In this document: positions 45,491 through 53,505 of the stretch, one piece after another
Numbering within the stretch: position 1 is the stretch's first letter
Layout: every line of letters starts with the position of its first letter
DNA from: Acidobacterium sp.
GTDB taxonomy: Bacteria > Acidobacteriota > Terriglobia > Terriglobales > Acidobacteriaceae
Assembly: GCA_003167515.1 (NCBI GenBank)
Contig: PMSS01000484.1
Coordinates: 12,780-66,284 of the forward strand
Reading direction: 5' to 3'
DNA: 53,505 nt
The notes under the pieces: model-generated
What the model saw: only the letters and a program-made list of their open reading frames with translations
The model's database searches: none
Told to the model about the DNA's origin: nothing
Translations under genes and position numbers: made by a program

Positions 45491-47473
45491 ATGAAGACTT
45501 CACAAAGCGATTCTGCGGTGACGCTTGTTCGCCAGGTTGCGGTGATCGTGCTGGTCGCCGCATTCCTGAGCCTGCCGGTATGGCTGGTTGGCATTCCGCA
45601 AACCGGCGACGGCTCGACCCATGTGGGATATCAATTTCACTTCAGCCAGCAGTTTTGGCACGGCGACTTCTATCCGCGGTGGCTGGCCGGCTCGAACAAA
45701 GGGTACGGCAGCCCGATATTTTTCGTGCAGTATCCGTTTCCTTACTTTGTAACGGCTTTACTGCGTCCCATTACATGGTTCTCAGCTACAACTACGCGAG
45801 AAGCGCACGAACTGGGACTGTATTGCCTGCTCGTGCTGGTGGCGGCTGGTCTGGCGGCGAGAACATGGTTTCGCCGCCGCTATAGTTCACTTGCATCGAC
45901 CATCGGGGCCGTGGTGTATATCTCCCTGCCTTACATCGTGGGCCAGACGATCTACGAGCGGGCGTCTCTGGGCGAACTGGCGGCCTTCGTCTGGATGCCG
46001 TTGATCTTTCTGTTGTGCGACCGGCTCCATCCGGTCCGCTTTAGTGTTCTGACCGGGATCGGAGTTCTGTTTGCGCTTCTGATATTCAGTAATGTGCTGA
46101 CGGCCGCATTGTTCGCTCCCGTGATGGTGCTGTACCCGGTCTTCGTGGGGAGGCAGTCAGGCACGCCGCTGATTCGCCGAGTGGCGCCGATGTTCGCCGC
46201 GTTTATTATCGGGACAGGGGTTGCCGCGGCATACGTGTTTCCGATGCTGTCGTATCATCACCTGTTTAATGCCGGCGCGGTGCCGAGACACCATCCGTAC
46301 GCCGAGCTGGGGCGATCGCTGGTCAGTATCTCTCGCAGCGACTGGTCCAATTACCACATTATTATTCCAGGAGCGTTAGCGGCCTTTTGCGTCATCCTTC
46401 TTGTCGCACTCTACGTATGGCGGGCGGATGCCGGATTGATCAGGCGACTGTTGGTACTGGGAACTCTAGCAGCGGGGGCGGCAATGCTTGTCCCTGGGCT
46501 GGGGCCGAAACTGATCCAGTTGAGCGGCCTCAAAACAACTGGTTTCGACAGCTATAACGGCTTTGTTGCAAGGATGTTGTTCACGCTGCTGTTCACGGCG
46601 GGATTGGGAGTGCTTGCCTATTGCCGCATTTCGCGAGAGGAAACGGATGACGGAGAGAGCTTCCTGCTGGCCGTGTGCTGCATTGCATTCTTATTGATGC
46701 TGCCGTGGAGCGCGATTCTCTGGAAAACCATGCCAGTGTTTGGCGACGTCATTCAGTTTCCCTGGAGGCTCTGCGCGGTTCTGACCGTCGCTGTGGGTGG
46801 CCTCTTCGCCGCCGCAGTCGACGATTGTCTGCTTCACCGAGAGAGCAGCCGCGGAAAGCCGTCGCTGAGGGTGATGGTGTCGGCTGCGGTCGTGGTGGTT
46901 GTCGCCAGTAACATGATCTGGCGAGTCGATCAGAAGTTCCGCCACCCAAGTACCCCTCACTACGACGCAACGCGGGATGTGGATCCCATGTACAACACCT
47001 ATGTTCCCGACAATCAGCTCGTCGCGTTTGCGAAGATCTTGGGAACCTCCCCGGAAACCTGGCAGGTCGCTCCTACACCCTATGTGGAAGGAGTGCGGGC
47101 GGACCTGACGGGAAGCCCCGGAAGTGTGCAGGTGACACGCGAGGGACCACGCAAGCTTCTGGTTTCCGTACAATCTGAGGGGAATGCCCGTGTGCAGATC
47201 GGACAGCTAAATTTTCCCCTCTGGAAAATCGTGCCTGCTGAGAATGCGCCGCGCGATGTGTCCCTGGGAACCTCTGATGGAGGGCTGATCGAATTGTCGG
47301 TAGGTCCGGGCAGGCATGATTTCTGGCTGGTGTTCGATGCTGGCCGATCTGCCCGATGGGGCGACATCGTGACCCTGGTATCGGTGGTGCTGATTGCAGC
47401 CGGGCTCCTCATTGCTGGTTTAAAGTCCAGACAGGCACAACGGGATGCGGATAAGCGCCTTGTTACATCGTAG
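45491..47473 (+). CDS. large polytopic membrane protein, GT-C-like (PTPS-related/YfhO-like family) with a C-terminal periplasmic domain
   Basis: The first loop reads GDGSTHVGYQFHFSQQFWHGDFYPRWLAGSNKGYGSPIFFVQYPFPYF, matching the membrane PTPS-related domain pattern (H......G..YPRW.....GYG.P.F.FY.P). About 12 or more TM segments, then a roughly 170-aa soluble region and a terminal TM. ATG 45491 (MKTSQSD...) is preferred over the track start 45392. Confidence 0.55.
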   Translation: MKTSQSDSAVTLVRQVAVIVLVAAFLSLPVWLVGIPQTGDGSTHVGYQFHFSQQFWHGDFYPRWLAGSNKGYGSPIFFVQYPFPYFVTALLRPITWFSATTTREAHELGLYCLLVLVAAGLAARTWFRRRYSSLASTIGAVVYISLPYIVGQTIYERASLGELAAFVWMPLIFLLCDRLHPVRFSVLTGIGVLFALLIFSNVLTAALFAPVMVLYPVFVGRQSGTPLIRRVAPMFAAFIIGTGVAAAYVFPMLSYHHLFNAGAVPRHHPYAELGRSLVSISRSDWSNYHIIIPGALAAFCVILLVALYVWRADAGLIRRLLVLGTLAAGAAMLVPGLGPKLIQLSGLKTTGFDSYNGFVARMLFTLLFTAGLGVLAYCRISREETDDGESFLLAVCCIAFLLMLPWSAILWKTMPVFGDVIQFPWRLCAVLTVAVGGLFAAAVDDCLLHRESSRGKPSLRVMVSAAVVVVVASNMIWRVDQKFRHPSTPHYDATRDVDPMYNTYVPDNQLVAFAKILGTSPETWQVAPTPYVEGVRADLTGSPGSVQVTREGPRKLLVSVQSEGNARVQIGQLNFPLWKIVPAENAPRDVSLGTSDGGLIELSVGPGRHDFWLVFDAGRSARWGDIVTLVSVVLIAAGLLIAGLKSRQAQRDADKRLVTS

Positions 47474-47523
47474 GGCACGCACAGCCGAATGCGTCGCGCA
47501 CAGCAGAGCGGAGGGATTCACTT

Positions 47524-49641
47524 TTGAGAAAGCCACTTAAGCGCCTTCTCGGTGCTGGTGCCGTTTTAGTGATTGTTGCGGCGATAGCGGCCGGTCTTGC
47601 ATTCAAGTCCCTCTCGCATGGAGCGACGCTGGAGATGATTACCTGGCGCGCGAAGCTGTTTGCGCGCAAGGCGGAGGGACGCCTGCCAGGCTTGTCGTGG
47701 CGGGAAATCTGGTTTATGACCCACGTTCACGGCGGCTTCGGCCTGGAGGGAGTAACCGACGAAGGATTCAGCCTGGATGGTGCGCTCGTAAATCCTTTCG
47801 TGACCGATGCGGACTATCAGGTGGGTGTGCGGACATTCCGGCAACGTTGCGGGACCTGCCACGGCAAATCGGGAGGAGGCGGATTTGGTCCCGCCCTGAA
47901 TCACGCGGGATTGCGCCATGGTGACAGCGACCTGGCTATTTACAAAACCATACGAGACGGCATTCCTGCAACTGCGATGCCTCGGATTGCCATGCCTATC
48001 CAGGAACGCTGGCAGCTGGTCGGCTATCTGAGGACTTTGCAGGTTGCCAATTCCGGCCATCAGACGGACGATTCGGTTCCGGCCGACCTCCAGGTGAGCA
48101 ACGAGGATCTTCGCGAGGCGGGGAACAAAACCGATCGGTGGTTGACTTACTCAGGCACTCTCGACGGACACCGTTACACTCCACTGACCGAGATTACTCC
48201 GAAGAATGTTGCGTCTCTTCGTATCCGCTGGGTTCATCAGTTCGACACAAACGAGACGTCAAGAAGTGAAGCCACGCCTCTTGTAATTGACGGAACGATT
48301 TTTCTAACTGAGCCGCCGGCCAATGTCGTTGCTCTGGATGCAGCAACCGGGGCGGTAAGGTGGCGGTACAGCCGCAGCATACCGGATAAGTTGCCGATAT
48401 GCTGTGCGCGGTCGAACCGGGGACTGGCGATCCTGGGCAACGTGTTGTACTTCGGCAGTCTCGATGGTCATCTGATCGCTATCAATGCTGTCACCGGAAA
48501 TGTGATTTGGGATACCGAGGTGTGCAGCCCGTCTGAAGGGTTCACGATGACAGGGGCGCCGCTGATCGCTAACGACTCGGTCGTGGTGGGTGTGGCGGGC
48601 GGCGAGTATGGAGTGCGTGGCTTCCTGGTGGCCTACGACACAAAGACCGGTCAGCAGCGATGGAAGTTTAATACGATACCCGGTCCGGGCGAATTTGGAC
48701 ATGAGACCTGGAAGAGCGACGCCTGGAAAACGGGCGGTGGTCCAACCTGGGTGACCGGGAGTTACGATCCGTCGCTCGACCTTGTTTACTGGGGGGTTGG
48801 CAATCCGGCCCCGAATTTTCTGGGAGATATTCGTGGCGGCGACAACCTGTTTACCGACAGCGTCATTGCGCTGCAGGGCAGCACGGGCAAACTGGCATGG
48901 TATTTCCAGTTCACTCCTCACGACGAACACGACTGGGACGCAGCGCAGACTCCGGTGCTGGCGGATCTGCCCATCAAGGGGGTCACAAGGAAGGTGCTCT
49001 GCACAGCGGACCGAAATGGATTTTACTATGTCCTCGATCGAACCAGCGGTGAGTTTCTCGTGGGGGTGCCGTTCGTCGCCCAGAACTGGGCGAAAGGTCT
49101 CGATGCGCGGGGACGTCCGATCCTTACCGAAAACGCCGAAGTGTCGGTCACAGGGCGATTGACGAAGCCGGGGGTGGCTGGGGGTATCAACTGGCAGAAC
49201 ACGGCACTGGATCAAAAGCGGGGGTTGATTTTCGTCCCTTCGACGGAAGGGGCTTCCGTGTTCACGAAGTCCGCAGACGCCGAGCCCGCGCGCGGAGACC
49301 TGGGACTTTATCCGGGCAGCTCCGGCAGCGCCAGCGAACAGCCGGATCCGGTCATCAAAGCGCTCGATGCCGCGACGGGCGAGAAGAAATGGGAACTGCC
49401 CCTGCCGCCCTGGAAGAAGTCCTTCGGCTACGGTTACAGCGGTCTCCTGGCTACGGGCGGTGGTCTCGTTTTCGGGTCGTCGGGAGGCTACACCTTTGCG
49501 ATCGATTCGGGGACGGGCTGCGAGATGTGGCGGGTTTTTCTGGGGGCGGACACCTATGCCGCGCCGATCTCATTCACTATGGATGGGCACCAGGTGGTCG
49601 CGGTATCGGCCGGCCGGTCCTTGTACATGTTTGGACTGTGA
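47524..49641 (+). CDS. PQQ-dependent dehydrogenase (methanol/ethanol family beta-propeller) with an N-terminal class I cytochrome c domain
   Basis: TTG start and signal anchor. Heme motif CGTCH lies at nt 47848-47862, with a downstream TAMP. Propeller hallmarks are LTYSGTLDGHRYTPL, EATPLVIDG, the vicinal ICCARSNRG, GAPLI, GGEYGVRG, WKTGGGPTW, DPSLDLVYWGVGNP and PHDEHDWD. Confidence 0.85.
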   Translation: MRKPLKRLLGAGAVLVIVAAIAAGLAFKSLSHGATLEMITWRAKLFARKAEGRLPGLSWREIWFMTHVHGGFGLEGVTDEGFSLDGALVNPFVTDADYQVGVRTFRQRCGTCHGKSGGGGFGPALNHAGLRHGDSDLAIYKTIRDGIPATAMPRIAMPIQERWQLVGYLRTLQVANSGHQTDDSVPADLQVSNEDLREAGNKTDRWLTYSGTLDGHRYTPLTEITPKNVASLRIRWVHQFDTNETSRSEATPLVIDGTIFLTEPPANVVALDAATGAVRWRYSRSIPDKLPICCARSNRGLAILGNVLYFGSLDGHLIAINAVTGNVIWDTEVCSPSEGFTMTGAPLIANDSVVVGVAGGEYGVRGFLVAYDTKTGQQRWKFNTIPGPGEFGHETWKSDAWKTGGGPTWVTGSYDPSLDLVYWGVGNPAPNFLGDIRGGDNLFTDSVIALQGSTGKLAWYFQFTPHDEHDWDAAQTPVLADLPIKGVTRKVLCTADRNGFYYVLDRTSGEFLVGVPFVAQNWAKGLDARGRPILTENAEVSVTGRLTKPGVAGGINWQNTALDQKRGLIFVPSTEGASVFTKSADAEPARGDLGLYPGSSGSASEQPDPVIKALDAATGEKKWELPLPPWKKSFGYGYSGLLATGGGLVFGSSGGYTFAIDSGTGCEMWRVFLGADTYAAPISFTMDGHQVVAVSAGRSLYMFGL

Positions 49642-49944
49642 TCGGTTCCCGGCGCATACGGGGTGCGAAGGTGTCCCTCGGTTGCGAGACGACGCGATGA
49701 GAGGGCTGGAGACGGGCGCTGCAGCCGCTATCCGGGTGTCGTTGATTGAGGTTGCGATCTCGGTTCTGGCGGTGCCTGCTGACGCAACCGCGAGGGACAG
49801 GACCGCATCCCACCGTCACTGCATGGTGCCATGCCGGGAATAGTCTTCCGCGGTGAAAAATCCAGCGTGAACCTTCCGCTGGGCTCGACAAGTTTGACGG
49901 CGATATGACCTTTTTGCGGCGCATCCTACAACCTTAGTGTTACT

Positions 49945-49957
49945 AAAGTGAAACTTT
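49945..49957. promoter_or_regulatory. palindrome AAAGT-GAA-ACTTT upstream of the duplicated secreted-protein gene
   Basis: Read directly. Same AAAGT-N3-ACTTT core as 5212-5226, and about 95 nt upstream of ATG 50052. Confidence 0.3.
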
Positions 49958-50051
49958 CGGTTCTGCCTGCGTTAATGTGACTACTGGAACCTTGCGGCGG
50001 TCACAATGGAGCGAATAGACTGACCGGTGAATGGGCCAGCCGAACGTTTGG

Positions 50052-51560
50052 ATGTGGAGGATTTTTCGAGTGAGACGCTTCGTTTTCCTATTTGCGATTT
50101 TTCCCCTGTGCTCGCTTGCAGGGGCGCAGACCCCCACGCTGGTTCAGCATGTCAGTTGCCCAAATTCAGGGGGAGCCGGAAGCGGCATCGGCGGTGCGAT
50201 CAGCAGCGCACCCGTTTATTCGTGTCCGTTGCCGGAACCGTCGCAAGCGGGGAACGCCATTATTCTGGGGCTCATTTCGAACAATTCGGGGAATCCGACA
50301 TGGACTGTTTCGGATGACAAATCGAATCCCTGGAACCCGGCGGGCAGTACGACCGATAACCAGGGGAACATTATTGCTGTGTACTACGCGCTGAACGTGG
50401 CCGCCGGGACGAGGATGCTCTCAGTACAGAGCTCAGCAGCGACCCAGGGTTACTTAGCGGTCTCAGCCAGCGAATATTACAACGTGGCTACAACCGCCGC
50501 CCTCGACGCCAAGAGCTGCAGTGCAGGTGCGAGTTCCAAGTCGATCGCGGCCGGAAGTATTACGCCGACGGCTTCCGGAGACCTTCTGTGGCAGTGGGCG
50601 GCAACCGCCAATTCATCTTCCGTAGCGTCTATCGCAGCAGGCTCCCAGTCGAATATTACCTGGCAACTGAACGGGACCGACATCGACGATGGAGATGCGA
50701 CTCAGGCAGGCGTGTATAACTCCACCACCGCGATCAATCCAACATTCACCAGCGGAACCGGCCAGCCTTTCGACTCCTGCGTCGTCGCCCTCAAGGCTGC
50801 CAGTGCCGGAAATGCGCCGACAAAGGCCTTCCGCATCGTACACATGCTGCACGAGCAGGAGACTTCGAGTGCACCCAATACTTATCCGGTTGAGATGCCG
50901 ACGTCGGGTAACTTGGTGGTGCTCTCTTTCATATCGGGAGGAAATGCCATAACCGGGATAAGCAGCGTCCCCGCGAATACCTGGACGGCCACGGGAGCGG
51001 CGATCAGTTCGGGCAATCAGGCTACCAGCCAGATCTATTACGCTGCAAATGCCAGTAACTCGAATTCGATGACCCTCTCAATCGGTCAGAACGGAACGAT
51101 GACGGGTTCAACATTCATGATGTATGACTTTGTTGGCGCCGCGACATCGCCCTTTGATGTGGACTCAGGCGGCCTGTCAGGCGACCAGCAGGGCGCCGTC
51201 ACCAGCCTGCAAAGCTGCAACAGCTGCTTTACGCCGTCTGCTGCCAATGAAGCCATCATCGGGAATATTGGAAATGCCTGGTGCACCGCGACAGGCTTGA
51301 CGGCGCCGTCGGGTGGGTTGTTTGACGTTGCTACTTATACGGGCAACAGCGTGAATGGCCCGGAAAGCGTGGATCAAAACAACGGCTGGTTCCATTCCTA
51401 CAGCTCAGGCGCCAGCGCAATCTCCGTGACCTGGACCTACATCTGCGGCAGCGACGCGCAAGGCGTTTGGACTGGCCGTCTGGCCGCGTTCAAGCCAGGA
51501 AGCCAGACCCAGCCCGCGCCGCCAACCGGATTAAAAGGAACCGTTGTACCGCAGGGGTAG
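50052..51560 (+). CDS. secreted protein of unknown function built from two tandem paralogous halves of about 230 aa
   Basis: Signal peptide MWRIFRVRRFVFLFAIFPLCSLAGAQ. Half 1 reads LVQHVSC...AGNAIILGLISNNSGNPTWTVSDDKSNPW...IIAVYYALNVAAG...SASEYYNV. Half 2 reads RIVHMLH...SGNLVVLSFISGGNAITGISSVPANTW...SQIYYAANASNS...FMMYDFVG. It is S/T/G/A/N-rich and looks like a beta-sandwich. Confidence 0.6.
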   Translation: MWRIFRVRRFVFLFAIFPLCSLAGAQTPTLVQHVSCPNSGGAGSGIGGAISSAPVYSCPLPEPSQAGNAIILGLISNNSGNPTWTVSDDKSNPWNPAGSTTDNQGNIIAVYYALNVAAGTRMLSVQSSAATQGYLAVSASEYYNVATTAALDAKSCSAGASSKSIAAGSITPTASGDLLWQWAATANSSSVASIAAGSQSNITWQLNGTDIDDGDATQAGVYNSTTAINPTFTSGTGQPFDSCVVALKAASAGNAPTKAFRIVHMLHEQETSSAPNTYPVEMPTSGNLVVLSFISGGNAITGISSVPANTWTATGAAISSGNQATSQIYYAANASNSNSMTLSIGQNGTMTGSTFMMYDFVGAATSPFDVDSGGLSGDQQGAVTSLQSCNSCFTPSAANEAIIGNIGNAWCTATGLTAPSGGLFDVATYTGNSVNGPESVDQNNGWFHSYSSGASAISVTWTYICGSDAQGVWTGRLAAFKPGSQTQPAPPTGLKGTVVPQG

Positions 51561-51595
51561 GAGACCTGATTCTCTGTATCCCGTACCTGCTGAGT

Positions 51596-51625
51596 GGGCT
51601 TCGCCCATAGCTATGGGCGAGGCCC
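51596..51625 (+). terminator. strong hairpin containing a perfect 20-nt palindrome (TCGCCCATAG|CTATGGGCGA), extendable to about 13-15 bp
   Basis: It starts 36 nt after the stop at 51558-51560. Flanks GGGCT/GGCCC extend the stem (one G-U). No U-tract follows. Confidence 0.45.
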
Positions 51626-52196
51626 CGGCACCCTCCCTGGCGCCTGAGAAGGCTGCCAATCGGGTCGTCCACAATCGTGGGAACCGCCACGCATAACCGA
51701 TTCCCGCGGTGAATAAACTCCTGGATGAAAGTCTCCCGGCCACTCTTCTCCGGCCGACAGAACGAATGGCTCGAGTTAGCCGGACCGTACGGCCTCCGCA
51801 GCCGTCGTCAATCAACTGATCAATTAAATGTTTAATCGAGCGCGCGGGTCCTGTCCGCGACTGTCCGAAGGTGCGCCATTTCTCTGGTTACTGCCCCGGA
51901 AGAGTACTCGAAAGAGTCATTGACCGGGCTTTTCTTCCCGGTTACCCTGGACACCACGATTCAGGATTTCTCTCCCTCCGGGCGCGTTTGCGGGCATTCA
52001 AGGCGGTCTGCCCCCCCTGCGCGAATCGTGGGGAGACTTGGTTACTTAGTGTTCTTTGGTGCCGGATGGGTTGGCCCTGCTGTTGCTTACCGTCCTGTTG
52101 TATTTTGACTCCTGCACAGTAAGCGGTACTGGGCCGCAGAAGGGCCTCGTGTGGCTCCGTCGCAGAGAACGATCCGATTTCAGTGAGGTTTAGTGC

Positions 52197-53505
52197 ATGT
52201 CGCCAGCAGTTACTCCCCTTCGTTTTTCCCGTCTTTCTTATCTATTTGTCGTCAGTGGCCTCTGGATGGTTCCCGCGCTGTTGCTCGCGCCGGCTACTGC
52301 CGCCCTTGCGCAGGATACCTATACGGTAACTGTGCTCACGGACGATTATAGTGGCAGCCCCACCAATCTGAACGGCACTGCGGGCAATTGTCCCGCCAAT
52401 GGTAACGGTGGGAACTGCTCTCTGCGCGACGCCATCACAGCGGCCAACGGGGACGTGGGAAGTACGGTCAACTTTACCGGGCTGTCGGGGGACCTTCCGC
52501 TGGGATATTCGCTTCCGCCAATTGCCGTCAACACGACCATCGATGGGACGGGAGCGGCCATCACCATCGACGGTCAGTCTAAGGCGGGCGCAATCGCCGT
52601 TAATGCCGGCACGGTGTTCATTCAAAACCTGACCATCGCCGATGGAGACGCTGCCCATTCAGGCGCCCTCGGCGGTGCGATCTACAACCAGGCGAACCTC
52701 ACGGTGAACTACGTCGTCTTCCAGAGCGACATCACGGAAGGGGGCGGTACAGGCGGCGCCATTTACAACAGCGGAACTCTGGCGGTCAATTACAGCAGCT
52801 TTAACAACGATTCCGCAGGAAACGGTGGCGCAATCTACAACGACGTTGGCGGCTCCCTGACCGTGAATGATTGCACCTTTACGGGCGACACCGTCAACAG
52901 TTTTGGAGGCGCCATCTTCCAGAACAATGGCAACCTGCTGACGGTAAACAGCAGCACCTTCGTCGGCAATACGGCCTCTGGCGGCTTCGGCGGGGGCATC
53001 TACAGCGCTGCCACGGGCGCCAGCCTCACGGTTCAGGACAGTACATTTTCCGGAAACACTGCTTCGGCCGATGGCGGCGGCGTCGCCTACAAAGGCACGG
53101 TCCTCACGCTCGATAACAACATCTTCGTGGAATCCACCGAATGCTTTGCCGAAGGTGGGTCGACGTGCCCGGGCAACGGCCAAAATGGCAACCTGATGGG
53201 ATCCAGTGCGAACACAAGCGCCGCCAGTCTTGGGCTGCTGCCCCTGGGCAGTTACGGCGGCCCTACGCAGACCATGCTGCCTCTGCCTGGCAGCGCTGCG
53301 ATCTGCGCTGGAGACACCACACTTGTGCCAGGCGGCATCGCTAAATATGTCGACCAGCGCGGTTTTGTCTCAGGCACATGTGCGGACGCTGGCGCGGACC
53401 AATCCAACTACATCACGGTGACGAACGGCGGCGACGATGCCCTCGGCGGTACGCCTGGGCACTGCCCCGGCGCCGCATGCAGGCTCCGTGATGCGATCGC
53501 AGCGG
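52197..53505 (+). CDS. secreted beta-helix repeat protein (choice-of-anchor-Q / polymorphic-membrane-protein GGAI repeats), 5' part; continues beyond the right edge
   Basis: Absent from the ORF track because it has no stop in the window. Hand translation from ATG 52197 (in-frame TAG at 52191, GAGG 9 nt upstream) gives MSPAVTPLRFSRLSYLFVVSGLWMVPALLLAPATAALAQDTYTVTVLTDD...GNCSLRDAITAAN...GGAIYNQ..GGAIYNS..GGAIYND..GGAIFQN..GGGIYSA..GGGVAYK...CPGAACRLRDAIAA. The antisense ORFs 52242..52658 and 52659..53183 are shadows. Confidence 0.75.
   Translation, partial: MSPAVTPLRFSRLSYLFVVSGLWMVPALLLAPATAALAQDTYTVTVLTDDYSGSPTNLNGTAGNCPANGNGGNCSLRDAITAANGDVGSTVNFTGLSGDLPLGYSLPPIAVNTTIDGTGAAITIDGQSKAGAIAVNAGTVFIQNLTIADGDAAHSGALGGAIYNQANLTVNYVVFQSDITEGGGTGGAIYNSGTLAVNYSSFNNDSAGNGGAIYNDVGGSLTVNDCTFTGDTVNSFGGAIFQNNGNLLTVNSSTFVGNTASGGFGGGIYSAATGASLTVQDSTFSGNTASADGGGVAYKGTVLTLDNNIFVESTECFAEGGSTCPGNGQNGNLMGSSANTSAASLGLLPLGSYGGPTQTMLPLPGSAAICAGDTTLVPGGIAKYVDQRGFVSGTCADAGADQSNYITVTNGGDDALGGTPGHCPGAACRLRDAIAA

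Noticed and set aside
51871-52122. 83-aa GTG-initiated ORF in the long gap before the adhesin gene
   Set aside because: It is Cys/Pro/Arg-rich with no ribosome-binding site or family resemblance. The nested 62-codon frame is kept only as a low-interest note in the findings.
1-53505. Looked for CRISPR arrays, rRNA/tRNA genes, IS elements, integrases, toxin-antitoxin pairs and defence-system hallmarks
   Set aside because: I saw no regularly spaced direct repeats, no structural-RNA signatures, and no transposase, recombinase, nuclease or helicase-type ORFs on either strand. The window is a biosynthetic island rather than a mobile or defence island.

Overview
Visibly GC-rich window (I did not compute an exact value). 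It is dominated by one co-directional surface-polysaccharide (EPS/capsule-type) biosynthesis and export island. From about 2.0 kb to the right edge, every convincing gene (about 40) is on the + strand. Several pairs are translationally coupled through ATGA or TAATG overlaps. The left edge holds two housekeeping genes on the - strand: a citrate synthase 5' fragment and a ThiO-like glycine oxidase.

Gene order of the island:
- a secreted multi-domain lipoprotein
- a regulatory block: NarL/FixJ-type response regulator, PilZ protein, UpxY/RfaH-like NusG paralog
- an export and chain-length core whose gene set matches the PEP-CTERM/exosortase-associated EPS locus type: Wza-like exporter, outer-membrane beta-barrel, Wzz/GumC, ExeA-like ATPase, cytosolic BY-kinase, priming sugar transferase
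- a Wlb/Wbp-like 3-acetamido-sugar cassette
- five glycosyltransferases (GT4 x2, GT2 x3), a Wzy/O-antigen-ligase-like protein and a Wzx flippase
- a FemAB/CelD-like acyltransferase and two AsnB-family amidoligases, one lacking the glutaminase nucleophile
- a CDP-hexose C-methyl-sugar cassette: RfbF, TylCIII-like C-methyltransferase, RmlC-like epimerase, SDRs, an aminopeptidase-like protein of unknown role, and a PIG-L deacetylase
- a CheR-like methyltransferase, a pyruvyl transferase and a GT-C-like membrane protein
- a PQQ dehydrogenase with an N-terminal cytochrome c domain
- three secreted proteins of unknown function: a beta-helix, a tandem-duplicated protein, and a choice-of-anchor-Q/Pmp-repeat adhesin that runs off the right edge

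I found no rRNA, tRNA, CRISPR array, transposase or integrase. The gene content and protein families suggest an Acidobacteriota-like soil bacterium, but that is inference only.

Most interesting observations:
- The priming phosphoglycosyl transferase carries an N-terminal degenerate GGDEF-like domain. Its RxxD I-site is intact and GGDEF is replaced by KDRST, which points to a c-di-GMP receptor.
- A PilZ protein and a locus-specific NusG paralog sit directly upstream.
- A FemAB-like protein is paired with a nucleophile-less AsnB paralog.
- The export core is exosortase-type, but no exosortase or PEP-CTERM cargo is present in the window.

Many long antisense ORFs in the supplied track are GC-driven shadows of the + strand genes. 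Two real edge genes are absent from the track.
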